64,000 bases of DNA from Podarcis bocagei. Its lineage: Eukaryota. The stretch lies in NCBI GenBank assembly GCA_964188305.1, contig OZ076888.1; one strand, given 5' to 3'. The position numbers and the translations under genes were made by a program. This document shows positions 51,290-61,980 of the stretch, piece after piece (the stretch's first letter is position 1; each line of letters opens with the position of its first letter). The notes beneath the pieces are model-generated. The model was not told where the DNA came from and made no database searches. It saw only the letters and a list, made by a program, of their open reading frames with translations.

Positions 51290-54200
51290 CTAACATTCCT
51301 TAAGTTTATAATAGTCCTTAAGATATCTTTTGAATTTTCTCCATTCTTCTTCCGCTGTCTCTTTTCCTTGATCACGGATTCTGCCTGTCATCTCTGCCAA
51401 TGTCATGTAGTCCATCACTTTCATCTGCCATTCTTCCAGAGTGGGTAGATCTTGTGTCTTCCAATACTTTGCGATGAGTATTCTTGCTGCTGTTGTAGCA
51501 TACATGAAAAAAGCTCTGTCCTTCTTTGGCACCAATTGGCCGACAATGCCCAAGAGAAAGGCCTCTGGTTTTTTAGAAAAAGTACATTTAAGTACCTTTT
51601 TCATTTCATTATAGATCATTTCCCAGAAAGCCTTAATCTTCGGGCATGTCCACCAAAGGTGGTAGAAGGTACCTTCAGTCTCTTTGCATTTCCAACATTT
51701 GTTATCGGGCAAATGATAAATTTTTGCCAGCTTGACTGGGGTCATGTACCACCTGTATACCATTTTCATAATGTTTTCCTTTAAGGCATTACATGCCGTA
51801 AATTTGATACCGGTGTTCCATAACCATTCCCAGTCATCTGACATAATGTTATGACCAACATCCTGTGCCCACTTAATCATGGCTGATTTGACTGTTTCCT
51901 CCTCTGTATTCCACTTCAGCAACAAGTTATACATTCTAGATAAATTCTTAGTGGTAGGTTCTAACAATTCGGTTTCTAATTTTGATTTTTCCACCTGGAA
52001 GCCGACTTTCCTGTCCTGTTTAAAAAATTCCATTATTTGACGGTATTGAAACCAATTTTCCACTTTATGTTTCAATTTCTCCTGGCTTTGTAATTTGAAC
52101 TTATCTCCATCCTGTTCTAAGATTTCCCAATACTTCGGCCATCCGACCTCCATATTGAGTTTTTTCACAGCATTAGCCTCCACTGGTGACACCCATCTAG
52201 GGGTTTTATTTTCCAATAGATCTTTATATCTTATCCAAACATTAAACAATGCTTTTCTGACAATGTGATTTTTGAAGGCACTGTTAACTTTATCATACCA
52301 AAGATATGCATGCCAACCAAAAGCGTTATTGAAACCTTCCAGATCCAAGATGTCTACATTCTCGAGGAGCATCCATTCTTTGAGCCAGCAAAAAGCTGCT
52401 GCCTCATAATACAATTTTAGGTCCGGCAGGGCAAAACCCCCTCTTTCTTTAGCATCTGTCAGTATTTTAAATTTAATTCGGGGCTTTTTGCCCTGCCAGA
52501 CAAATTTCGAAATATCTTTATGCCACCTCTTAAAACATTCCATCTTGTCAATAATCTGCAAGGTCTGAAACAAAAATAGCATTCTAGGCAATACATTCAT
52601 TTTAATTACTGCAATTCGGCCTAACATTGACAGTTTCAAATTTGACCATATTTCTAAATCTTTTTTAATTTCTGACCAACATTTCTCATAGTTGTCCTTA
52701 TACAAATTCTGATTCTTGGATGTTAGATAAACCCCTAGATATTTGACCTTTTTGACCACAGTCAGTCCTGTTTCCTCTTGAAATTTCTCCTTTTCCATAT
52801 CTGTTAGGTTTTTCCCTAAAACTTTGGTTTTTAGCTTGTTCAACTTAAATCCAGCTACCTGGCCAAACTGTTGTATTATTTCTAATACCTTTTTCGTACT
52901 AGTGTTTGGCTCTTGCAAAGTCAATACTAAGTCATCTGCGAACGCTCTTAACTTGTAATGTTTGGCTCCGACCTGCACACCTTTAACCTGCTGGTCATTT
53001 CTTATCATATTCAGCAAGACCTCCAGAACTGTAATAAAGAGTAATGGGGAAATCGGGCACCCCTGTCGTGTTCCTTTTTCTATCTTAAGCTCCTCAGTCA
53101 CCACATTATTTACAATCAGTTTGGCCTTTTGTTCAGAATATATTGCAGCCATACCATTCTCAAAACCCCGACCTACCCCCATCCTATGCAGATTCTTCTT
53201 CATAAAACTCCAAGAAATATTGTCAAAGGCTTTCTCCGCGTCCACAAATATCAATACTGCTTTAGTGTTTATATTCACCTCTAGCTTTTCCAGAATGTCT
53301 ATAACATTCCTTACATTGTCCGCCAGGTGTCTTTTAGGGAGAAAGCCTGCTTGGTCCTTATGAATCATCTCCATCAAAACTCTTTTGAGTCTTTTTGCCA
53401 AAATGTCTGCAAAAATTTTGTAATCCACGTTGAGCAAAGATATTGGGCGGTAGTTCTTGAGTTGGGTCTTTTCAGTCTCTGACTTTGGTATGAGTGAAAT
53501 ATATGCCTCTTTCCACGATTCAGGTGCCCTTTTTCCTTCAAGGATCTCATTACAAACTTCTTTTAATGGTTGAATCAACCATTCCTTCAGCGATTTGTAG
53601 TATCTAGAAGTCAACCCATCTGGTCCCGGAGATTTGCCCAGTTGCATATTCTGAATGGCAGCCTCTATCTCTTGTTCTGAGATTCTCTGGTTCAAGTCCA
53701 TCTTACTTTGCTGAGAGATGTTTTGTAATCCATATCTTCCAAGGAATTTGTCTATATCTTCTTCATTTTGCGGGCCTTGAGTATAGAGTTTTTTGAAATA
53801 ACTTAAAAAGCAATTTCTAATTTCATTGGGTTTAGATATGTTCTTTCCATCCACCTCTAGACTTGTAACTGTATTTAGTTTCTGCCTTTTCTTCAATTGC
53901 CATGCCAAAAGTTTACCACATTTATTTGCTGATTCAAAAGTTTTTTGCTTCATTTGTTTTATCTTCCATTCAATCTCTTGGTTCATCAATTCCATATATT
54001 GGGTTTGATATAACTTGATCTCTCTTAAAATGTCCTGAGACTTTGGTTTTGTTCTTAATTTCCTCTCTCCTTCCTTTATCATTTCCAAGATCTTCTCTTT
54101 TTTCTCATTTTGTTTTTTCCTCTTTATTGAGTTTTGTTGAATCAAAAAACCTCTCATAACCGCTTTACTTGCATCCCAGATCACTCTTTTCTCGACGTCG

Positions 54201-55021
54201 GTCCTCAAATTTATTTCAAAATAGTCTTTTAGGGTCTTTTGGGCCTTCGTGAGAATCTCCTTATCTCGAAAGAGGGTGTCATTCATTCTCCATCTAAATT
54301 GACCAGTTATTGTGGGTTTCATCTCCATCTTCACGGCGTTATGGTCGGAGCAAGTTTTTGGGCAGATTTCCACTTTCTTAATCTTTGGAGCCAGTCCACT
54401 AGTAACCCAGATTTGGTCAATTCTGGTCCAGGTCATCATTGCTTGGGAGAAAAAGGTTCCCTCTCTCTCCAGAGGGTTCCTTGTTCTCCAAATGTCTATC
54501 AAGTCCATATTTTCTGTCATTTCGAAAAAAGTCTTAGGGAGTCTCCCTTCTTTAGTGACTGTTAGTCTTTGTGCCTTGTCCATATTAGTGGAGACCACGC
54601 CATTCATGTCTCCCATGATTATCATATTGTAATCCAAATAGTCCGTCAAGGTTTCATGAAGTCTCTTAAAGAAGTCAGATTTGCCTTCATTTGGTGCATA
54701 AATTCCAACAACTAAGAATTTTTCTCCATGTACTTGTATCTCCACAGCCAGATATCTCCCTTGTTCATCTTTAAATATCATTTTTGGAGCCCATTTCTCC
54801 TTCACATATATTACAACTCCTCTCTTCTTAACTTTATCTGATGAAATAAATTCTTGTCCTAGCCTTTTATTTGAAAGTAATCTCCTATGGGCTCTGGTTA
54901 TGTGAGTTTCTTGTAGGCATATCAAGTCCAATTGTTCTTTATTCAATATATGAAATACTTGTCTTCTCTTCAAAGGCCCATTGAGCCCATTACAATTCCA
55001 ACTAAGGAATTGCAGAGCCAT
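51290..55021 (-). CDS. L1 ORF2p: APE endonuclease, reverse transcriptase and CCHC domain (1243 aa)
   Basis: EN motifs SWNCNGL, LQETH, YAPN, GDMN, RIDQ, SDH; RT motifs PGPDG, YRPISLLNVDYKI, QAGF, DAEKAFD, GTRQGCPISPLLF, FADD, YLG; CWKC-x8-H-x4-C near the C-terminus. Confidence 0.96.
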   Translation of the reverse strand: MALQFLSWNCNGLNGPLKRRQVFHILNKEQLDLICLQETHITRAHRRLLSNKRLGQEFISSDKVKKRGVVIYVKEKWAPKMIFKDEQGRYLAVEIQVHGEKFLVVGIYAPNEGKSDFFKRLHETLTDYLDYNMIIMGDMNGVVSTNMDKAQRLTVTKEGRLPKTFFEMTENMDLIDIWRTRNPLEREGTFFSQAMMTWTRIDQIWVTSGLAPKIKKVEICPKTCSDHNAVKMEMKPTITGQFRWRMNDTLFRDKEILTKAQKTLKDYFEINLRTDVEKRVIWDASKAVMRGFLIQQNSIKRKKQNEKKEKILEMIKEGERKLRTKPKSQDILREIKLYQTQYMELMNQEIEWKIKQMKQKTFESANKCGKLLAWQLKKRQKLNTVTSLEVDGKNISKPNEIRNCFLSYFKKLYTQGPQNEEDIDKFLGRYGLQNISQQSKMDLNQRISEQEIEAAIQNMQLGKSPGPDGLTSRYYKSLKEWLIQPLKEVCNEILEGKRAPESWKEAYISLIPKSETEKTQLKNYRPISLLNVDYKIFADILAKRLKRVLMEMIHKDQAGFLPKRHLADNVRNVIDILEKLEVNINTKAVLIFVDAEKAFDNISWSFMKKNLHRMGVGRGFENGMAAIYSEQKAKLIVNNVVTEELKIEKGTRQGCPISPLLFITVLEVLLNMIRNDQQVKGVQVGAKHYKLRAFADDLVLTLQEPNTSTKKVLEIIQQFGQVAGFKLNKLKTKVLGKNLTDMEKEKFQEETGLTVVKKVKYLGVYLTSKNQNLYKDNYEKCWSEIKKDLEIWSNLKLSMLGRIAVIKMNVLPRMLFLFQTLQIIDKMECFKRWHKDISKFVWQGKKPRIKFKILTDAKERGGFALPDLKLYYEAAAFCWLKEWMLLENVDILDLEGFNNAFGWHAYLWYDKVNSAFKNHIVRKALFNVWIRYKDLLENKTPRWVSPVEANAVKKLNMEVGWPKYWEILEQDGDKFKLQSQEKLKHKVENWFQYRQIMEFFKQDRKVGFQVEKSKLETELLEPTTKNLSRMYNLLLKWNTEEETVKSAMIKWAQDVGHNIMSDDWEWLWNTGIKFTACNALKENIMKMVYRWYMTPVKLAKIYHLPDNKCWKCKETEGTFYHLWWTCPKIKAFWEMIYNEMKKVLKCTFSKKPEAFLLGIVGQLVPKKDRAFFMYATTAARILIAKYWKTQDLPTLEEWQMKVMDYMTLAEMTGRIRDQGKETAEEEWRKFKRYLKDYYKLKEC

Positions 55022-55025
55022 CTTG

Positions 55026-56057
55026 TTATTTTCTTAAGACTCCTCCAACAGCTCCAAGTTGTTGCTCTTCTTCTGATGGTAATGCTTTTTGTCCAGGCAA
55101 GAGATTCAAGATGTCCAATGCTCTCCTCTGTTCTGCAAGTACGTCCACAGTCCCCTTTTGTAAATCCTCCTGGTATCTTGCCAAAAATTTGTCTTTGTCT
55201 TGAATTGTCTTTATTTTCACTTTCTTTGCCTTGTAGTCAAATGACAGTCCTTGTGGGAACTCCCACCTAAAGCGAATAGTGTTCTTCTTTAGCAAGAGAA
55301 CCAAGTCCTTGTAAAAGTTTCTTAAGTCCAAAATGTATTTTGGGATGTCTTTAAAGATCTGTACAGCTGAATTTCCAATTTGCAGGGCCTTTTCGAAGTG
55401 TAATCCTAATATTTTGTCTCTTTCCTCCTTGGATCTGAGTGTAATCAAACAGTCTCTCGGTGTCTTTCTATCTTGCTTTTTACCCAATCTGAAGGCAGTC
55501 GTGATTTTAAATTCGTCTTCCTCAAGGTCCCAACAATCCACAAACTCCCGTGTCAAGTATTCCACAAGGCTGTCTCTTTCGTTCTCCGGAATCAGTCTTA
55601 ATTTTAAATTTCTCTCTTTCCTCTGTAACTCCCACAAGGCCAATGTTGCATCATGCTCATAGACCTTCTTGGCAAGGGGCTCTAGCTTCTCCTGTGTCTC
55701 TCCGGCAGTGGCTTTGGCCTCCTCGGCAATTTGGCGCGTGGTGGCGTTCTCCTCTACCAATCTATTTATAGATTCTGTATTCTGATTTAATCTTGCTGAT
55801 ATTTCTGTTAATTTTTGTGTGTTCTCTGAAGTCTGTTTTGTCAAAGACTCCAGGGTTTGGTTTATCTTGAGCAAGGCCTCTGTCACAGCTTCCATAGAGA
55901 CGGCTGCTCCTTTGTCTTGACCTGTTGTTCCTGCTGATCCGGCTGTTGCGCCTGAGATTGAACCTCTTTTCTTTGCCTGTTGCAGCTGCAGCTGTTGTTG
56001 TTGCTGTTGTTGCTTGATCTTGGCTCTTGTGACTATCTCTTCTTGTGGGCCACTCAT
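55026..56057 (-). CDS. L1 ORF1p (coiled coil, RRM, CTD); first ATG at 56057, 343 aa
   Basis: Heptad-rich coiled coil, RKERNLKLRLIPE, AFRLG...PRDCLI, QIFKDIP, FRWEFP motifs; lies directly upstream of ORF2. Confidence 0.9.
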   Translation of the reverse strand: MSGPQEEIVTRAKIKQQQQQQQLQLQQAKKRGSISGATAGSAGTTGQDKGAAVSMEAVTEALLKINQTLESLTKQTSENTQKLTEISARLNQNTESINRLVEENATTRQIAEEAKATAGETQEKLEPLAKKVYEHDATLALWELQRKERNLKLRLIPENERDSLVEYLTREFVDCWDLEEDEFKITTAFRLGKKQDRKTPRDCLITLRSKEERDKILGLHFEKALQIGNSAVQIFKDIPKYILDLRNFYKDLVLLLKKNTIRFRWEFPQGLSFDYKAKKVKIKTIQDKDKFLARYQEDLQKGTVDVLAEQRRALDILNLLPGQKALPSEEEQQLGAVGGVLRK

Positions 56058-57534
56058 GTCAAGGTCAATTCCCACGGGATTTGTTCTCCCTTGGAAAATT
56101 CCACTGTCTTAAGCCGTGCCGAACTTTACTTTATCCTCTAGAGGGAGCAAATCAAAATGGCCATAGAACAAAATTTCCAAGTACCAAAACAAAGGAGACA
56201 GTCCAAAAAGTGAGAAAAAGGGAGATTAACACAGTCCAAGCCAATGTTACTAAATACTTATAACTTCAAATTGCCACAGTTGCCCAATTTATACTGTTTC
56301 TTCTTGTGATATACAATAGTCAGGCAGGACACAGAAGCATTTCAAGCCATTAGTTTAAAGAGTTTCTTCAGAGTAAAACAACTAATAATTATTTAGCAAT
56401 AGCTAGTAAATACTGATAAACTATTTTAACAAAATACATGGCACCTTACTTTTCACCAAAACATATGGCTTTAAAAGATCATTCTTTTAAATAATTTATT
56501 ATTCTCTCTTACTTTTTTTTTAGTTCCTAGAAATTTAACCCCCCCCCACTCCCATGGCCATACATGAAGCCCCATTCTTCCTCCTCTGTTAGCAAGGTTT
56601 TTGTTTGTTTATTAACATGTCCTAGAAGATTTTTTTAAAAAATCTATACACATACAAATTTTCATCATGACCACAGTCCTCTATTCCCTCATCTGTTTAC
56701 TTTCACACAGTTGGCCTCCTGCTCTAGCATGGTCGAAGTGGCATCCAGGGCTGTGTGGGCCTTATATCTTTAAAGCACATTTGAAGCACTGTCTCCCCTC
56801 AAAGAATTATGGGTACTGTACTTTAAGGGTTGTTGGGAATTGCAAGTCTGCAAGAAGTAAACTACACTGCCCAGAATTCTTTGAGGAGACAAACGTCCTT
56901 TGAATGTGTTTTAAAGGTACAGTGTGTATGCAACGTAAATCTTATATGGCTCCAAAAACCCACCCCACATGCTCCCTCTCTTTTTTTTTCCCCCAGATTT
57001 CCTCACCTCATGAATGTCACTTGCTCCAAGACTGATTGAGTTAGCATTTCCTAACCCATCTCTCATGATCTGGCAGGGACTTACATTTTCCTGAGAATCA
57101 CATGTTTAGCAACAAGGAGTATCCTCAATAAGAATGTTGCCTGACTATATTCTATAATTCTGTATGCATGCATACATGAAATATGGCACGGACCCCCTTA
57201 AATATATGATGGAGGAATTGAGAATCAGGGTCATACTGCTTCAGATTTCAGCTCAAAATATGATGACTGCTGGACAAGCCCACATAACATGCGCGAGCTG
57301 TGGCCCCAATAATTGTCCGTGGTTGTTATGCCTGGAGCATGAAAGGGAGTAGGAAACCCATACACTCTAAGCATCTATTTCTACTGCATAAGCTGCAGCC
57401 TCAGGTCTGTTGCCGAGGTCTTTATTACAGTCAGAACAACGTTCCATGATTAGGCTGATGTAATATTCACTTCGCCCGTGTGATGTTTTACACTCTTGCC
57501 CCAGTGATATAACTCCAGCACGCATATACATGAG

Positions 57535-57699
57535 CAGTGCTTTTTTCTGGGGGTATGCAGGGATATGCACACCCCTAAAAATGTTGTGAATCTTTGCACT
57601 TTTGTCCGTTTACTGTATTTATTTCCACAGGTTTGAACTATAAAATGGTGAGTCATAATGAGAGTACCCCTAAACATTTTTTTTAGAAAAAAAGCACTG
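57535..57699. mobile_element. hAT-type MITE, family B (reverse orientation)
   Basis: Perfect TIR cagtgcttttttt / aaaaaaagcactg; TSD tacatgag / cacatgac. Confidence 0.85.
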
Positions 57700-59137
57700 C
57701 ACATGACCACACCCATAAAGATATGCTTCAGTGCAGCTGAATAACCATAGTATAAAGACACAACCATATGGTACTTTTGAGGAGCTATCAGGGTTGCACA
57801 ATAATGCTAAACCTTGCAAAGCTTTTGACAGGACAGCAGAGCAGTTGGCCAGGCACTAAAATTGATTTCTTCCTACTTGGAACCCAGCTAGATGGGCTGC
57901 ATTGTTGGTGGTAATAAATGGCAGGTTTTCCCCACCCCTCTCTCATTGCTAGTCCATAAAAGGACCTTTTAAGTCCTTGAGATCCAAAATAATCATAAGT
58001 GTTCAACAGATCTTAACGAAAGATCAACACTTATTCTACACATCCTCCAGGCCAGTTGAATTAGCATTCCTTGTTATGCAGGTGCAACAGGATATGAATG
58101 CATCTGGTTCTGGAAAACCATGTCCATGGATATGTATGTGTATATGTGTGTAAGTGTGCGCAAGCATCATTATGTGTCTGTCTGTATACAAAATGAAATC
58201 ATAGCTCCATCATCTTGATATCCGGGCACATCATTAATTTTAAAAGAGTGCGCTGTCAGCCACTGGCCTCAAGCCCAGCTATCTTTACCTCTGCTGACTA
58301 ATTTCCTTTTCCCACACCTCCAGCTGCCTGACTAAAAAGGAAAAGAGAGAGAGAATAGGCTACATTTAATACAACATGCATCACTGCTTGTTTTGAAAGT
58401 CTCTAGACTTGGGATGAGAAAAAGAAATTCAAAACATGGGAAGCCTTCAGCATGAACTCCCACATCCACAGCTCTCATAATAGCAGCCATGACTGGGCAT
58501 ATCATATGAAAACAGCAGCCAGCCTACAATTGTAAGTATGGTATAAACTTTAGATGAGGAAATGATGCTTTAATAAATCAATATCCCAAGGATGTCGAGG
58601 GGTCATCATCAAGGCTTCCAGACAAAAATGTCTCTCCCATACTCAATGACCCAGTTTGGATCCTGTAAAATATTTCACATTGAGCATCTCCATGGGTACA
58701 AAGATTTTGTTTCCACCCTACAACCTCCCCTCAACTCTTGAGCGTGAAACTGTCATCTGTGCATATGCAATGGCTGTCTTGCTTAACTGCAAAGTAAATG
58801 TAACTTAAGTTTTCCTTTCGGGTTGATGCATTTTCCCTCAAATCAGCTTCAAACAGCCATATTTCTCAAGAAACTGCAGGATACCTCTGCATCATGGGTA
58901 ATGTCATGTGTACAGTAGTGGGAGTTCAGTGGAGCCAGAATAACTAGAACTGTGAAGACAGTCTGAATTTATGAATGGGTATTGGCACTGTTCATTGATG
59001 CAATTTGTGAGTTGTGAAAATTGTGTAAAGCTGGACCCCAAGGCACCTAATGATATGCTGAAAGAGAGGCATGTGTCAGCGGATCTCAGAGTGCCATAGA
59101 GCTGGCAAGTAAAATTCCGCTTTAAAATATCCCTTTA

Positions 59138-59378
59138 CAGTCAAACCTTGGTTGTCGAATGTAATCCATTCCAGAAGCCCATTTGGCTTCTGAAATGTTT
59201 GACAACCGAGGCACAGCTTCCAATTGGCTGTAAGACCTTCCTGCACTTAAGCGGAAGCCACGTCAGATGTCCAGCTTCCAAAAAATGTTTGAAAATCAGA
59301 GCAATTACTTCCAGGTTTTTGGCATTCGGGAGCCGAAATGTTCCAAAACGAAGGCGTTCGGGAACCAAGGTTTGACTG
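59138..59378. mobile_element. Tc1/mariner-pogo MITE
   Basis: TIR cagtcaaaccttggtt / aaccaaggtttgactg; TA TSD. Confidence 0.9.
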
Positions 59379-59561
59379 TACCCCTTGTGGTATGTATGTT
59401 GCTATAGGCTGCATAAGAAATAAAATATCAGTAAATTAGTGATTATGTATTTTTTAAAGTATGTTGTAAGCGGCCTTGGTCATGGTTTTAACTTTGGAAG
59501 GGCGGCATACAAATAAAATGATTGACTGAGAAAAGGATCTGCATCACCTGTGGCTCTAATA

Positions 59562-60217
59562 CATTGTTTCCCAACCACTGTTCCGTGGCACACTAGTGTG
59601 CCGTGAGATGTTGCCTGGTGTGCCGTGAGATGTTGCCTGGAGGGAGGCGGGCGAGTCGGGCGGCGAGAGGCGGGGCGGCGGCGGCGAGGAGAGGCCGCCC
59701 AGCGCGGGGCTCTCGCCGTCTGCCTGCCTGGCTGCCTGCGAGCTCAGCGGGCAACGCCTCCGTCCGCAGCGCCCGCCTCGCGGCTCTCTTTCCCTGCCCC
59801 TGCCAAAGCTCACCCAGCCAAGCCGCGCTCTCCTTCCTGCCTCGCTTTGCTGCCTCCTCCCCCCCACCCCCAAAGCTTGAAGGTTCCCCAGCAGGAAGGA
59901 GGGAACTTAATCCTCTCCAAGAGCTGCGGAAAACAGACATGCAAATGGGGGCTTGCCAGCTCTTCAAGCGCCGCCGGCTTTCTTCGGGAATTACCGCCCG
60001 CTGAGCCCGGTAACGCTGACAGGCCGAGCCGCGGGGCTTGGCAGCGCAGCCGGCAGAGTGTGGGAAAGGGCGGCCGCCACGCGCCGGGCAAGGCGAGACT
60101 CGACGGGGAGGACACCGGCAGCAGCGCCCCCCCCCCAGAAACCCGCTCCGGGCAGGTAATTCACAGAGAGTGGACAGAAGGAAGCCTTAAAGGGCTTCAG
60201 CCTCCCAGAGTGGCGGG

Positions 60218-60263
<46 letters not shown>

Positions 60264-60706
60264 TGACAGGTGGTGTTTTTCTAGGTGAGGGGGTGGGGAC
60301 TGTAATAACAAAAAAATCAGCTGTATATCAACCGCTGTTTTGCAATGAGGAATTGCAAATAAGGAAGATCAAAAGGAGAATGTTTTTTGGGGGGGGGGAC
60401 TCTCTTCCTCTTCCTCCTCCTCTCGTTCTTGCTCCTCTTCCTGGCAAAAGGGCTGCTGAGACCCCTTCTCTCTTGGGTGCTGGTGGGTGCTGTGACATTG
60501 ACGCTGCTGTGGCAAGTGCCTTTACTTTGCAGAGTGCATTCCCCTTTACACAGGAGGGGAGGGAAAAAAATTGAAACTTACACTTTCGTGCGTCCCTCCC
60601 GGCGTGACGCTGCGCGCTGACGTCACGGGGCTGTAATGGTGGTGTGCCTCGAGATTTTTTTCATCAAACAAGTGTGCCTTTGCCCAAAAAAGGTTGGGAA
60701 ACACTG
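59562..60706. mobile_element. Non-autonomous hAT (Charlie-type) element with CpG-rich interior
   Basis: TIR cattgtttcccaacc / ggttgggaaacactg; perfect 8-bp TSD ctctaata at 59554-59561 and 60707-60714; subterminal gtgtgcc repeats. Confidence 0.9.
60219..60263. repeat. (AAT)n microsatellite inside the hAT element
   Basis: Direct reading. Confidence 0.97.
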
Positions 60707-60961
60707 CTCTAATATACCAGACAATGGCTAAAAAAAATATGCTTTAAAATCAGGCAGTACGACACAAATCCCAGCCAGGCATGTGCAGATATGGGACTCA
60801 TAAAAGGTTCATTCAAATTTGTAACAGCAGTCCAGAGTTAGAAGATGCTAATGTTATGGATAGTGCCCAAGATAGCCTGTCAGAGATATGCACAAATATA
60901 ACAGAAATCTTCTCACCTGCACCTGGGACTTTATAGTATCATGTCTTGTTATAGAAGGTTA

Positions 60962-61203
60962 CAGTGGTACCTTGGGTTACATATGCTTCAGGTTACATAC
61001 ACTTCAAGTTACACACTCCGCTAACCCAGAAACAGTGCTTCAGGTTAAGAACTTTGCTTCAGGATAAGAACAGAAATCGGGCTCCGGTGGCGCGGTGGCA
61101 GCAGGAGGCCCCATTAACTAAAGTAGTGCTTCAGGTTAAGAACAGTTTCAGGTTAAGAACAGACCTCCGGAACTAATTAAGTACTTAACCCGAGATACCA
61201 CTG
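60962..61203. mobile_element. Tc1/mariner-pogo MITE, family A copy 4
   Basis: cagtggtaccttgggtta / taacccgagataccactg; TA TSD. Confidence 0.92.
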
Positions 61204-61738
61204 TATACTATTTAGATGTGTATGTGTTTATTTTGGAATATCATTTGTTTCTTATAATAAACTTTTCCCAATATTTTTTTTAAAATACACCAGGGAATAT
61301 TTGGCTGTGTGATGAGCCAGTAGCAGTGCTCAGACTATTCAGATATGAGCTGCACCTCTGCATCCTGTGACTCAGTTTCCCAATGTCATGCAGCAGGTCA
61401 CATTTGTGCTTTGTGAATATGCAAATATGCAATCCTTAACATGCTTTCCTGGGAACAAGTTGAATTGAACCTGTGGGACTTATTTTTGGGTAGACATGAA
61501 TAGGATTTTGCTCTAAATATAGTAACAGCAGGCCCAGTGTTTGGGGATGGGGTTGCAGCTCTCTGGGACCAAAGTTTGAAATCTTAGAGTCAGAGGTTGA
61601 AGTTAGATAGAAATCATTTCAGAGACTTGCCTAGCAACATGAGTAAAGTCTAAAACAGAAAAATGGAAGCTTATAGCAGCCAAGGTAGACCCTGAATCTG
61701 TCCATTACAGCACACCCATTTCCTGCCAGAACCTTATA

Positions 61739-61980
61739 CAGTGGTACCTCGGGTTACATACACTTCAGGTTACAGACGTTTCAGGTTACAGACTCCGCTA
61801 ACCCAGAAATAGTACTTCGGGTTAAGAACTTTGCTTCAGGATGAGTACAGAAATCGTGCTCCGGCGGCACAGCAGCAGCGGGAGGCTGCATTAGCTAAAG
61901 TGGTACCTCAGGTTAAGAACAGTTTCAGGTTCAGTACAGACCTCTGGAACGAATTAAGTACTTAACTTGAGGTACCACTG
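61739..61980. mobile_element. Tc1/mariner-pogo MITE, family A copy 5
   Basis: cagtggtacctcgggtta / taacttgaggtaccactg; TA TSD. Confidence 0.92.

Larger units (their letters stand above)
51022..56327 (-). mobile_element. L1-clade LINE with intact ORF1 and ORF2
   Basis: Poly(T) at 51022-51032 with tttatt signal; two long ORFs; perfect 17-bp TSD gacacagaagcatttca at 51005-51021 and 56328-56344. Confidence 0.96.

Noticed and set aside
51452-55771. Plus-strand ORFs within the L1
   Set aside because: Antisense shadows of ORF1 and ORF2.
59556-60620. Many overlapping 100-213 aa Arg/Ala/Pro-rich ORFs; possible CpG-island gene
   Set aside because: Expected from stop-poor GC-rich DNA; all lie inside hAT TIRs and show no domain motifs.
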